From contig NW_024704742.1 of the NCBI RefSeq assembly GCF_018977255.1, positions 129,458,001 to 129,522,000 of the forward strand: 64,000 nt of DNA. The letters are read 5' to 3'. Shown piece by piece: positions 46,751-59,400 of the stretch (the first letter of the stretch is position 1; every line of letters starts with the position of its first letter). The stretch is from Callorhinchus milii. Lineage: Eukaryota. The notes beneath the pieces are model-generated. The model was not told the origin of the DNA. It saw only the letters and a program-made list of their open reading frames with translations, and ran no database searches. The translations under genes were made by a program, and so were the position numbers.

Positions 46751-48386
46751 AGCTTGTAATAATAATCCTTGCATTTGATATAGAGTGTTGTGGGAATGTC
46801 TCAAAGTACTTCACAGGAATTTTACTTTGAAGTGTCATGTCAATTTGTGCACAGCAATGTCCCACAAACAGCCACAAAATGAATGACCAATTTTATTTGG
46901 GGGATTATTGGCCAGGACACCTGGACAAACTTCCTTTTCCAATAATGCTATGGAGTCTTTAACATCCATCGGAATACGCAGACTCTTCGACTGTGCCTTT
47001 GGTCACCCTCCTTCCCCTCCCCTCCCTCCTCCCCTCCTGATCCCAGCTACCAACGTCCTCCTGACGTGAAAGGCGCTATACAAATGTAATTTGTTGTTGT
47101 TGTTAAGCTCAAACTCTTGGCGCGGGCTTGAATCCCCAACCTTCTGACTCAGAGGTGAGAGTATCACCAACTGAGTCCGACTAACACACTGTGCACTAAA
47201 CTCTAAAATGATTATTTTCAAGTTATTTCCGACCTTGGCTGATGAGTCCATTAGCAGATTTCCTTCCATGATCTTTTCCAGGCTCTGAGAAGTAAATTTA
47301 CTGCTTTGCATTGCTTCTCCTGGCAACCCAGGCTGCAATGGGCAAAACCCTTAGAAGTTGCAGAGTTTTCAATCAGACACCAGAAACAAGGAAGAAGGAA
47401 ATACCTGTTAATTGCATCTTGAAGCAAATAATTAATTCAATACTGAGGCTGTCACAGTCCCTTCAAGATGTTACGAATGCCTAAACAACTTGACTGCTTT
47501 ACTGCTCAATTGCTCAACAAGTCAAGTTTAATGTCAAATATCCCTATTATTACACCTCACATGTAAACTGCATTGTTACATATTACCTACAAAATACATT
47601 GTTGCACATTGCCCACAAATCTCAATGATAATAAATAATCCTCACATTTGATGCAGAGCCTTTTCGCGTCTTCAAGAAGTCTCAAAGCGTTTCACAGAAT
47701 AAACTATAAAGTGAATTGACTGGATATTTTGTGAGTGAAGCACAGCAGCCAATTGCACACAGCAGTGTCCCACAAACAGTCATGGATTGAGTATCCAAAT
47801 TTTTTTTTTTTTACGGATTATTGTCCCCGGAAAAGCCAATTGTCCAACTACTAGGTTCCTACTTAGTGCTAGGTAAACAGAGGTGTTTTCTTGTATACAC
47901 ATTACTTGTATATTACTGTACATTTTTAAGATGCATTATTACACATTACCTTATAAATCTCATTGTTAAGCATTATCTGATATATTACTAGACGTTACCT
48001 GTAAAATTCAGCATTAGATAACTAAAACAATTTAGATTGTATTGTGCATTTCACATCAGGAGGACAACTCACAAACTACAGAGCTGATTGGGAGCCCAAA
48101 CTGAGGGTGGGGTGAGCTGAAAAAGGTGAGTTGGGGGAGGGGAGAAAGATGACCAAAGTACCATTGAAAAGAAAGGCTTTGCAAATGAGGAAGGAGGGGA
48201 CAAATGAGGCAGAGGGATTTGGTTTAACTTCTCATCCGAAGGACATAAGAACATAAGAATTGGGAGCAGGAGTAGGCCATTCGGCCCTTCGTGCCTCCTC
48301 TGCCATTCAATAAGATCATGGCTGATCTTCTCACCTAACTCGGATTACCTGCCCTAACCCTATATCCCCTATATCCCCTAATCCCT

Positions 48387-51278
48387 TTATTTTTTCAAGA
48401 ATCTATCAGTCTCAGCCTTGAAAATGTTCAAGGACTGAGCATCCACAGCCTTCTGGGGGAGTGAATTCCATAAGTTCACTACCCTCTGAGTGAAGAAATG
48501 TTTCCTCAACTCTGTTCTAAAAGGCTGACCCTTAATTTTAAGACTGTGACCCGTGGTTATAGATTCTCCTACCAGGGGAAACGGACCCTCAGTGTCTACT
48601 TTATCCAGCCCTTTAAGAATCTTATAAGTTTCAATAAGATCCCCCCTAATTCTTCTGTACTCTAGAGAATACAGCCCTAGTTTATTCAGCCTATCCTCAT
48701 AGGTCAGTCCCCTCATCCCAGGAACTAACCGAGTGAATCTACGCTGCACCCCCTCTAGGGCAAGTATGTCCTTTTTTAAATAAGGAGACCAAAACTGCAC
48801 ACAATACTCTAGGTGCGGTCTCACCAAAGCCCTATACAGTTGCAGCAAGACTTCCCTACTCTTATATTCTAAACCTTTCGAAATGAACGCTAACATGCCG
48901 TTCGCCTTCTTAGTTGCTTGCTGCACCTGCAAACTAACTTTTTGGGACTGGTGTACAAGGACACCCAAATCCCTTTGAATACTAACACTATCTAACTTCT
49001 CCCCTTCCAGAAAATAATCTGTTCTTTTATTCTTGCTACCTAGGTGAATAATTTCACACTTGCTAACATTGAATTCCATCTGCCACCTACTTGCCCACTC
49101 CCCTAGCCTATCTATATCTTGTTGCAATCTTTTTGCATCATCCTGAGAGCTCACTCTGCTACCTAGTTTAGTATCATCCGCGAATTTAGACACATTACAT
49201 TCAATGTCCTCGTCCAGATCATTGATGTAAATGGTAAATAGCTGAGGCCCAAGCACTGATCCTTGTGGCACTCCACTAGTTACATCCTGCCAATTCGAGA
49301 ATGATCCGTTTATCACTACTCTCTGCTTTCTACCCGATAGCCACTCTTCTATCCATGTTAATATTTTCCCATTAATCCCGTGGGCCTTGATCTTGAGTAA
49401 CAGCCTTTTGTGTGGCACCTTGTCAAATGCCTTCCTAAAATCCAAATATACCACATCTACTGGTTCCCCCTTATCCAACCTGCTGGATACATCCTCAAAA
49501 AATTCTAAAAGGTTAGTCAAGCATGACTTCCCTTTTGTAAAGCCATGTTGACTCTGCCTAATCTTTTTATGGTCTTCCAGGTATCCCATAACTACGTCTT
49601 TTATTAAGGACTCAAGAATTTTCCCTACAACTGACGTCAAACTAACTGGTCTATAGTTTTCCCTATTTTCTCTCCCACCCTTCTTAAATAGTGGAGTTAC
49701 GTTTGCAATCTTCCAATCAATGGGAACTTTTCCAGTATCCACAGACTTTTGGAAGATTATAGACATGCCATCCACTATCTCAGTAGCCACCTCCTTTAAA
49801 ACTCTCGGATGCAGGCCATCCGGTCCAGGGGATTTATCGGTTTTAAGACCCGACAATTTACCTAGAACCATCTCTTTACTAATGTTAATCTCCCTAAGTT
49901 GCTCGCTAACATTGTCTTCTTGGTCCTCTATTTTTGGTATGTTTCCAGTGTCTTCTACGGTGAAGACTGTAGAAAAATACTTGTTTAATGACTCTGCCAT
50001 GTCTTTGTCCCCTATTATAATTCCTCCGGTCTCTGCCTGTAATGGACCCACATTCACCCTCGCTAGCCTTTTCCTCTTTATATATTTGTAAAAACTCTTG
50101 GAGTCTGTTTTTATGTTCTTTGCTAGTTTGCCCTCGTAATCTATTTTCTCCCTCTTGATCAATTTTTTGGTCCTCCTCTGTTGTTCCCTAAAGTTCTCCC
50201 AATCCTCGGGTTTACTACTCATCTTCGCTGTTTTATAGGCTTTTTCTTTTGATTTGATACTTTCCCTAACTGCTCTAGTTAGCCATGGCTGCACCACCTT
50301 TCCCATGGCATTCTTATTCCTCAAAGGAATATGTGCTCGTTGGGAATTTTGCACTATCTCCTTGAATGTCTGCCATTGCTGGTCTACCGTCAAATCTTTA
50401 AGTTTAGTCTCCCAGTTTATTCTGGCTAAATCCTCTCTCATACCAGCAAAGTTGGCTCGATTTAAATTGAAGACTTTTGCTTCAGACTTAACTACTTCCC
50501 TCTCTAACTTAACGCTAAATTCCATCATATTATGATCGCTTTGCCCTAGAGGAGCCTTAAGTTCCAGTTTGCTGATCAGCCCTGTTTCATTACACAAAAC
50601 AAGGTCTAATATGGCTTGTTCCCTGGTCGGCTCCTCAGCATATTGATCTAGAAAATTATCTCTAATACATTCTATAAACTCCTCTTCTATGTTACCTTTC
50701 CCAATTTGGTTGTCCCAGTCTATGTGCAGGTTAAAATCACCCACAATTAGTGTCTTTCCTTTGCTACATGCTCCACTAATCTCTTGATTTATACCTTGAG
50801 CGATACTTTGACCACTGTTTGGGGGTCTATAAACTACTCCCACTATAGTTTTCTGCCCCTTGAAGTTACGTATCTCTACCCATACTGACTCTACATCTTG
50901 CTTTTCAGATTTAAAATCTTTCCTCTCTACTGTTTTTATCCCATCCTTTATTAGCAGGGCCACTCCCCCTCCTCGTTTACCACATCGCCTATCTTTCCTA
51001 TATACCACGTAGCCGGGAATATTCAGTTCCCATCCCTGATCACCCTGTAACCATGTCTCGGTGATGGCTACTAGATCATACCGGTTTGTCTCTATTTGTG
51101 CAACTAATTCATCTATCTTGTTACGAATGCTTCGTGCATTCAGATATAGCGCCCTTAATTCTGACTTCCGGCTATTAACCCTATTCACCAGCACTCTATC
51201 ACTGTACTTCCTTTCCCTGCTTGACACACTTTGCTCTTCTCCCTTGTTAATCTGCTCTCTTGCTTTTGTTGATCTCAA
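48387..51278 (-). CDS. CR1 ORF2: apurinic endonuclease plus reverse transcriptase, 963 codons open
   Basis: YLNARS, ITETW, YRPP, GDFN, SDH (APE); [26 protein letters not shown] (RT). The listed start is TTG, not ATG. Confidence 0.95.
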   Translation of the reverse strand: MRSTKAREQINKGEEQSVSSRERKYSDRVLVNRVNSRKSELRALYLNARSIRNKIDELVAQIETNRYDLVAITETWLQGDQGWELNIPGYVVYRKDRRCGKRGGGVALLIKDGIKTVERKDFKSEKQDVESVWVEIRNFKGQKTIVGVVYRPPNSGQSIAQGINQEISGACSKGKTLIVGDFNLHIDWDNQIGKGNIEEEFIECIRDNFLDQYAEEPTREQAILDLVLCNETGLISKLELKAPLGQSDHNMMEFSVKLEREVVKSEAKVFNLNRANFAGMREDLARINWETKLKDLTVDQQWQTFKEIVQNSQRAHIPLRNKNAMGKVVQPWLTRAVRESIKSKEKAYKTAKMSSKPEDWENFREQQRRTKKLIKREKIDYEGKLAKNIKTDSKSFYKYIKRKRLARVNVGPLQAETGGIIIGDKDMAESLNKYFSTVFTVEDTGNIPKIEDQEDNVSEQLREINISKEMVLGKLSGLKTDKSPGPDGLHPRVLKEVATEIVDGMSIIFQKSVDTGKVPIDWKIANVTPLFKKGGRENRENYRPVSLTSVVGKILESLIKDVVMGYLEDHKKIRQSQHGFTKGKSCLTNLLEFFEDVSSRLDKGEPVDVVYLDFRKAFDKVPHKRLLLKIKAHGINGKILTWIEEWLSGRKQRVVINGSFSNWQDVTSGVPQGSVLGPQLFTIYINDLDEDIECNVSKFADDTKLGSRVSSQDDAKRLQQDIDRLGEWASRWQMEFNVSKCEIIHLGSKNKRTDYFLEGEKLDSVSIQRDLGVLVHQSQKVSLQVQQATKKANGMLAFISKGLEYKSREVLLQLYRALVRPHLEYCVQFWSPYLKKDILALEGVQRRFTRLVPGMRGLTYEDRLNKLGLYSLEYRRIRGDLIETYKILKGLDKVDTEGPFPLVGESITTGHSLKIKGQPFRTELRKHFFTQRVVNLWNSLPQKAVDAQSLNIFKAETDRFLKK

Positions 51279-51329
51279 GTTTAACTGTGGTGGACTATAC
51301 TTTACTATGTTTTTACCTCCCCCCCCCCC

Positions 51330-52235
51330 TTAGTAGTTTAAAGCCCTTTCTACCTCCCTATTTATTCGTGTAGCCAGGACATTTGTCCCAGCCCTATTTA
51401 GGTGGAGCCCATTCCTTTGGAAAAGCTCCCATCTTCCCCAATACTCGTGCCAGTGGCCCATGAATTGGAATTCCTGCTCTCCGCACCACTCTTTTAGCCA
51501 GGCATTCAGATCTATGATCTTCTTTTGCCTGTACCAATTAGCTCCTGGCTCAGGTAACAGTCCCGATATCATCACTTTGGAAGTTCTATTCCTCAGTTTA
51601 ATTCCCAATTCCCGGAACGCTCCTTAACTCGTCCCTACTGGTCCTACCAATGTCATTGGTCCCTATATGTACCATTACGATTGGATCCTCTCCCTCATGC
51701 CTCAAATTTATCTCCAGCCCGGCGGTGACATCCTTCACCCTGGCCCCAGGAAGACAACTTGTCTCCCTGCTACAGCTACAGAAAACTGTATCAGTCCTCC
51801 CGAATTACATTTTTAACCTCCTGCACAGGGGTGTTGGGGTCAGTTTGCCCGTCTTCCTCGCAGGTTTCCTTGTCCACACAGGTTGCCAATATTTCATACC
51901 TGTCAGACAAGGCTAAAGTCTAGGATTCTTCAGCCCCTCTCTTTCGGGAACGCTTGCCTGCCCGCCTGACTGTCACCCAATCATGTCTGTCGCTACTACA
52001 TTCTTCTTCCTTGGGACTCAGGGGAGTGAGTGTCTGGCTCCAGGATAAAGCTGTCCAGGAAGTTTTCTCCATCCCTAATGCTGCGTAGCATCTCCACCTG
52101 AGACTCCAGCTCAGCTACTCTCAGCTGGAGCTCTCTGATTTCCAGACACTTGCGGCAAACGAAGTCGCCCGGACTTAAGGCGCCCTCCATTGACTCCCAC
52201 ATGTGACAGACCTCGCAGTTTACCTGCTACACCAT
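51330..52235 (-). pseudogene. Disrupted CR1 ORF1 (zinc finger/leucine zipper plus SGNH esterase)
   Basis: ATG at 52235 then TAG at codon 3; CEVCHMWE..CRKC..LQLRVAELE; CLPGARV, HIGTND, GLHLNRAGT in shifted frames. Confidence 0.85.
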
Positions 52236-53737
52236 CTTCACAAACTTTATATAGATACAAAGATATATAGCCTGCCCCCACTTCCCTCTCTGCACCTAAT
52301 TCCCACTCTCACCAAATTCCCTCACACTCTGGCCTCGCCTCACTCTGGGCTCTCAGCTCGAGTGAGGTCCGCGCAGCTATCTCCTATTTATACTTTCTGG
52401 GTGCAACCCGTTTCTGATTTGCTCAGCAGTGATTTGGAATTAACGCCTAATCAAGTGATTAATCAATAAGTTAATTTAATCAATAAGTTATTTGTTATTG
52501 GTTTGGCTTAATTGGCTACAACTGCTCCCTGTAAGGTTACCCCACAAGACCAATGTACCAATGGTATCAGCAATTTTAAATAACACAAGACTTAAAACAA
52601 CTACAACAACTACTACAAGACTTGAATAACAACAAATTGGGTTATATACTCACGATAGCAGTTTTCAGGACACTCACAGCAGCAATTCCCACTCTCACCA
52701 AATTCCCCCACACTCTGGCCTCGCCTCACTCCGGACTTAGCTCACTCTGGGCTCTCAGCTCCTCCTCTACAAACCGAGGAGTATCAACATGGACTGTGAG
52801 TTCGAAGTTCCATTGTGGGGATTGAACCCACAACATTCTGACTTAACAAGTGAGAGTGCTGCCAACTCATTATTCTTTTAAGACTTGAAAATACTTCTCT
52901 TCTATCCAATTCTAACAGATCAATGCTCGCAGAATTGAAACCACTGGTTGTACTATGCACTATCCATTGCATTTGGTTTTCTGTCTATGTGTGTCAATGA
53001 TGAGATTTCTGCAGCTGCTGTACTTCAGGGCAAACTCCCAATGTTTATTTTGTGTACTTATTCAGGTATTGGCTTGAAAGATAACAGTGTTGTGTCTTTA
53101 GAGCTTGAGGTCAGACTCAGAGGAAGCCGCATAGAGGCTTTTGAATGGGATTGAAAAAGTGAACCCTGGTCAATACTTTAGGATGCACCAAGGAAGTATA
53201 ACAAGAGCACACGGGTTTAGAGTTTTAGTGGGCAATTTCAGGACAGATACCAGGAATCATCAACTGGAATAGGTTACTAGGAAGGGGGGGTGGGGGGGTG
53301 AGGCCACACTAGACTCATTTAAAAGACAGGCTGATGCTGCGTTTGGGGTGGAGGTGGGGGGGAGGTGATGATAGGGGATGTTCTATAAGCATGAGATGAA
53401 AACCAATCTTGTAAGGTAGGAGACAGGAGCCACAAATGTTGCTCCAGTTGCCAATTGATCCAATTTGATCCAGTTGCTAATTCAATCTTAATCAGGGAAT
53501 AAAGAGTAAGGGAGAGCCTATGTAATTCTATGTAAAATGCATGGTCCTGGCTGTGACAACCCCCACCCTTGCCCCCGCAACATCCACCACCCCACAAAAG
53601 TAAACAGCTAGGCTAGACATATGTTAGGCATTGATAAATGTGAGTGAGTGACACAGGGGCAGTGTAAGAAGAGAAAGCGCCCCACACCCCCAATGAAAAT
53701 GAAAGAAATTTAACATCACTGAACACAACAGTGCAGT

Positions 53738-53806
53738 TTATTGTCAAAGCAGAATGAAACATATAAGTACAATTTGTATGTAAAATATAGAAATATAACC
53801 TTTATT
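53738..53806 (-). terminator. Candidate poly(A) signals of ACSBG copy B
   Basis: Minus-strand AATAAA at 53806-53801 and 53743-53738, followed by U/GU-rich sequence. Confidence 0.35.
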
Positions 53807-56412
53807 ACAATCCTCACTAGACATTTTTCAGATGGTTAAAAACAAGCGCAACCACCTACCACAACTTTCCAATGCAATGGGGGTTAAAATCTCACAAGCA
53901 CCAACTAGTTATTCTGATGCCGGTCGGTTGAGAGAAATATTTTCCTTTTATCGGTTTTATTGTCCAAAACAACAGGAGGCAACTGCACCACACACATTTT
54001 CAACAACAACTTGCATTCACTCTTCACTCAGGGCAGCATCTCGGAGCGCTTAACCATGCTGAGTCTGATGCTGAGTCGGGGGAAGTGACCGTAGAAGGAA
54101 GATTTTAGGGTGTAATCTGAAACTGGGGATGGAGGGGCAATGCGAAGGCATTGAGTTTCAGAGCGTAGTGGCTGAAAGCATGGCCGCCAATGGTGGAACC
54201 GGAGGGAACAAGGGATATCCAGGAGGCTGGAGGAGGTGGGTGATGGTATGGGAAATAAACAGGTTGGAGAGGTAGGAGGTGCCAGGGTGTGAAGGGATTT
54301 GTAGATGAGTATGAGGATCTGAAGTCAATACGTTCTGTGATAGGGAGCCAGTGGAGACTGGCGTGGACTGGTGTGATGGGGGTTCAGAGTTTAGAGTGGA
54401 TGAGAACACAGGTGGCTGAGTTTTGGAGCAGTTGGATTTTGTGAATAGTGGAGTTGGGGAGACCAGTGAGGAAGGAATTTGAATAGTCCATCTTGGAGGT
54501 GAGGATTTCAGCTACATTGGGCGTGACACTAATAAGGTAACCTGATCCAATTGTATGACATATAGAAAAAATTCTGCATGCAATCTTGGGAGTTAAAAGC
54601 TCCATATTAATGTCACATCAAATTAGATTTTCCCCTAAATTTAAGTTGAATAAAGATCAAAGGCTCTGCAGGTCCTTGGGCAGAGATTAATGGATTGGGG
54701 ACAAAGATATTTTACTTTTTTGGGGGTGGGGCACGGGTGGGAGGAGAAGGAACGTCATCTCCTAGCATATGAATTGCCCCCTTTTATCAATGCAACACAT
54801 AGTAATAATTTTTACATTTGATGTAGAGCCTTATCACGACATTGAGACTCTCAAAGCGCTTCACAGAATATATTGTAAAGTGGACTAACTGTATATTTTA
54901 CAGGCAAAATGAATAATATGAGAAATGACCCAGTTCTACCAAAAGCTGGGTCGCTATGTCCGAGCTAGAACACGTTACCCAGATGTATGAAGCAACCACT
55001 TCATACCTTTGAAGAACAATTTCTGAGTTTATTTTTCGAGGAATTATTACCCACGGTTATTGATACTCCAATCGACTAATAACCGGGTTCCTATTTACCG
55101 CTAGGTAAACAAAGGTGTGTGGAGTAAGGAAACTTCCCTAAGGTTTTGCCCTGTCCAGGAATCGATCCTGGGCCCTCTTGCTTGCTTGCTCACTAGGCGA
55201 ATGCTCTAACCAATGGACTACAGGACTCCCCTTTACAAATAAAGTTTGCAAGAGGAAAACAAACCTAAATGCTCACCTAGAATTGTCAAGTGCTTTAAGA
55301 CATCCTCTTGATGAGAAAGGTGCTATATCAATGTAAATTATATTGCAATGTATCTTTTAAAGGTCATTTGCAATAGTTTAATATTGTACAGCTGTAACTA
55401 AACCTCACCAATTTCTTTTAAGTAAAAAAAACCTTCCACGTGTGGGTCTGTTCCAAAAATAGATTGGTGTCACAGTTCCACAAGTCAGTGTGACACACTT
55501 ACAGATTCTTTGATTAAGGAATCCCATTTAAAATGTCACACCCTGATGTCCTGTGGTCAGAATAATGCGAGTATATGCATTTGTATTGCATGTACAAGAA
55601 ATATTGGTTATAAGGTAAATTAAGAAACATTTCTTCAGATCTCAAATTTGCAATGACCTAATGAATGCTGCTCCAATATAAATACAATTTTCCCTGGAAT
55701 TGCAAGTTACGTTCAACACCATTACATCCTATTCTTTGGCAAAAGGGCCTCAGAAAATTTCAGCACTGATTTTGGGAATGTGATTTCCCACATGAATCTT
55801 TCGTTAAATCACCTACTCTGATCCGGCATTAATAAGTGCCTCATCCATGTGCCTTCTCAGAGGCACATGTTCCGTTCTTAATAAGGCATAAACCCTTAAT
55901 AAACCCTAAACATCAAATGCCATTTATCTCCTCACATTCAGCTCCTGTTTCCTCATCACTAGTTAGCAATGATCATTTGCACCCCCACTATTTAATGCGT
56001 CAAAAAAAACACTTCACATCATTCAGCAGTTTTAATAATAATAATCCTTGCATTTGATATAGCATCTTATCACATCTTCGAGATGTCTCAAAGCGCTTCG
56101 CAGAATATACTGTATACTGAATTAACTGACAGTCCATTTTGTAGGTGAAATGCGGCAGCACAACAACTGTCCCACAACAGTTGTGGATTGTGTGACAATT
56201 TTTTTTATATAAGTTTTATTCTGAATTCCCCAATTGAAACGTCCTAAAAAATAAAACCATGTCAGTTTGTTACTTATCTCCAAGCAAATAAACCTTCCAT
56301 CATATATTGAAAATTAAGCAGTTACGGAATTTGCTGGTTTTAATAGTTTTAAGAGACTTCAAGGTTGATTCTTTTTTCATAAACATTCTGTAAAACCATC
56401 CGTGGAGAGACT

Positions 56413-56489
56413 TTAACTTATATAAAGAGCATCGATTTGATTTTTGTACAACTGGTGCACAACCGGCCTTTTCGTTTTCATTGTTGGAC
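56413..56489 (-). CDS. ACSBG2: ACSBG copy B last coding exon (GPTMKTKRPVVHQLYKNQIDALYIS*)
   Basis: TTGCAG| acceptor, TAA at 56415-56413. Confidence 0.93.
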
Positions 56490-59400
56490 CTGCAAAACAA
56501 AATTAGTTAGAAATTTATGCCCTTGGATGTCTATTTGGACCAGGGCAGTTTTCAGTCACTGGGACTGCCAGTTTCAACACCTGGATTGCAATTACAGTAA
56601 ACTCCTGAAATCTCGTCACTCTCAGGGAAAAGACTCAGTGATGAGTTATCTGGAGCGCCAGGTTAGGTATATAATAATAATAATAATCCTTATATTTGAT
56701 ATAGCGCCTTATCACGTTGTCGAGATGTCTCAAAGTACTTCACAGGATACACTGTAAAGTGGATTGACTGTGTATTTTGTTGACGAAACATGGCAGCCAG
56801 TTTGCACATAGCAGTGCCCCACAAACTGCTACCAATTTTTTTGGGGGGGATTGTTGGCCAGGAAAACCAGGAGAAACTCTCTTCTCTTTTAGAATAGTGC
56901 CTTATTCTAATCCCCAACCTCTGGAATTCCATCCCCCAGTCACTCCACCTCGCCCCCCTCCTTAGCCTCCTTCAAGTCCCGCCTCAAGAGCCTCCTCTTC
57001 GACCATGCCATCGGCCACCCCCCTTCCCCTCCCTTGGGACATCCTCCCGACGTGAAAGGCGCTATACAAATGTATTCTTGTTGTTGTTGACTTGGGATTT
57101 TTAATGTCCGCCTTAACAGGCAGACACAGGACCTCAGTTTAAAATCTCATCCGAAGGAAGGGATATGTCCTGTAAAATTATTCTTTGCAACTTTAAACTC
57201 TTATTCCCCACCCTTTTCCAAACTTCCTTGACCCCAATGGATATTGTCAACCTCTCTTTGTCCACCGGAAGAGTTTCCCACCCTCTTAAAAAGAGCTGTC
57301 ATCAATCCCTCCTCAAAAAACCTTCCCTTGATCCATCACTATTTCCTAACTGATTACCAACCTCCCTTTCATTTCCAAGCTATTTAAATGCAATTTGTTG
57401 TTGTTGTGCTATTATTTTGGTGCATTCTAAAATATTGTTCTGGGTTTATGTTTTCAATACCATTTAAAAAAAAATTATATCTCTAGAAGATCCCACCGGA
57501 GATACAGTCACCCATCCCAATTCCTCCCCCCTATACCCATATATTCCCTTTACTATCAAGCACACTTCAAACAATAAAAATCTAGCATCTGCTTACCTAA
57601 TTCTCCTCCAGTGATCGAGAAGTCTGTCAACACAATGAAGAACTTGTGGATTTTCTGAGCATTCGAAGTTGCCTTTTTGTTCACTCTATCAATGCCCTGC
57701 TCAATGGCTTTATAAATGGTAGAGTTTTTATTATTCACAATCTGAGACACTTTTGTAGCGTGGCTCCCAAGCTGTTTGCAAAAAGCAATGGCTTCTGGAC
57801 TAAGTGCATCCAATGGTGCTCCAGTTTGCTCATTGACCATACACTAGAAGAAGGAGATTCGGTTTGCTATAAATGCAGTCAACACAAATGCAGTTGCAAA
57901 TAACAAACAGTATGACAATGACCGTCAGTTAGCAAGCAACCTCCATTTACAACTTGCCAGCGATTCAATGGAACGGAGAAAATAAAGAAACTTTCTTCCT
58001 CTACTTCAGACAATTCACCACCATCCTGCTCTGCTGATCTCTGACAGTAGTCCTCTTCCCAAGTCACCACTTAGTTCTGTGACCGGCCACAACAGTGAAA
58101 CAAAGCAATGTTGATTTTAAGGCATTATAAGACCATGAGTCAAAATTGCGGTATTCCTCACATCGCATTTCTAAGGAACTATTTAACATTTAACTAAGGA
58201 ACATTGTTAAAATACAATTCGAAATCCCTTCTCTTTCTTTGGTAGAGCAGCTTCCAAACGCCGCTCGGTAAGTTGGGACTCTCACTATTTTCCAAGGTTC
58301 ACATCCAATGGTTAATCACAACTCTAGTGGCCCAAAGTTCTATCTGGTCCCAAATTGCAGGATTATTTTGTGATGTGTTAAATTCTAGCACTTCAGCTGC
58401 AAGCAAAGTAAAGCACTGAGGAACAATAGGGATCCATTTTGGTGATCATACTCTGTGTTGCGTGTGTGTTGTGCGTGTGGGAGGTAAAACACAGTGGAAA
58501 AGTCCATAACCGTTCACGTAACACAGGCTCACATTATATTCTGAAGAAATGCTTACCTTCAATGACAGCAGTACACTGAGGAATTTCTTTTTATCACCAA
58601 TGAGCATGGCATTGCTGATGATCGGAATTTCCTTTTTGATAGCATCCTCAATGGGGATTGGAGGAATGTTCTCTCCACCAGCTGTGATGATCAATTCTGA
58701 AACAAAATAGAGTAAAGATGCTATATAAATGCAAGTTGTTGCATATAAGCGTAGGCCAATTTGGGTTTGCACCCCATTATAATGCCATATTTGGTTTTAT
58801 TACCCTGGAAACAACACCGTTTTAGCTAATATCTCCAGCAGCAGCACCCACTAGGGTCCCCAGCTTTTGGCCTTGCCAACCTCTGGCACAGACACGATGG
58901 GCCAATTGGCCTGCATCTGTGCTGTAGGTTTCTTTGTTTCTATGACCGGCCCCATTTACTTTCTGGGATTACATAAGCAGCATTGCATCCCTCTGTGGAA
59001 AGACTGCATGCTCCATTCCACACAGGAGATTTCAATGCGTATGTGGAATTTTCAGTTTGGTTTAGAATCCGCTAAGCACGTCGACAGATTTCTATGTGTA
59101 CAGACAATCGGCTGACCAAAAGAAAAAGTTACCTTTTATTCTACCAGTTATATACAAGAAACCATCTTGATCTAGTTGTCCCAAGTCTCCAGAATGCAGC
59201 CAGCCATCCTTATCTACGTCCGCTTCAGTCTGTTTTGCCATATTCAAGTATCCCATGAAGATATTCCTTCCCCATAAACAGACTTCTCCATTTGCATTCT
59301 CATCCGGTTTGTGAAGCATTACCTTGCAACCAAGTAACTGCTTCCCGCAACTGGTAACAAATTATAACTATCAGAAGTTAGCATTTGCCTCAGTACGATC

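Larger units (their letters stand above)
48243..52760 (-). mobile_element. Full-length young CR1 LINE
   Basis: 5'UTR with duplicated motif, broken ORF1, intact ORF2, 3' (TTCTTATG)n microsatellite end at 48243-48259; inserted inside a SINE. Confidence 0.95.

Noticed and set aside
47003..47338. 111-aa minus-strand ORF as an ACSBG copy A start exon
   Set aside because: It runs into SINE/L2 sequence, has no homology, and starts at a non-ATG codon.
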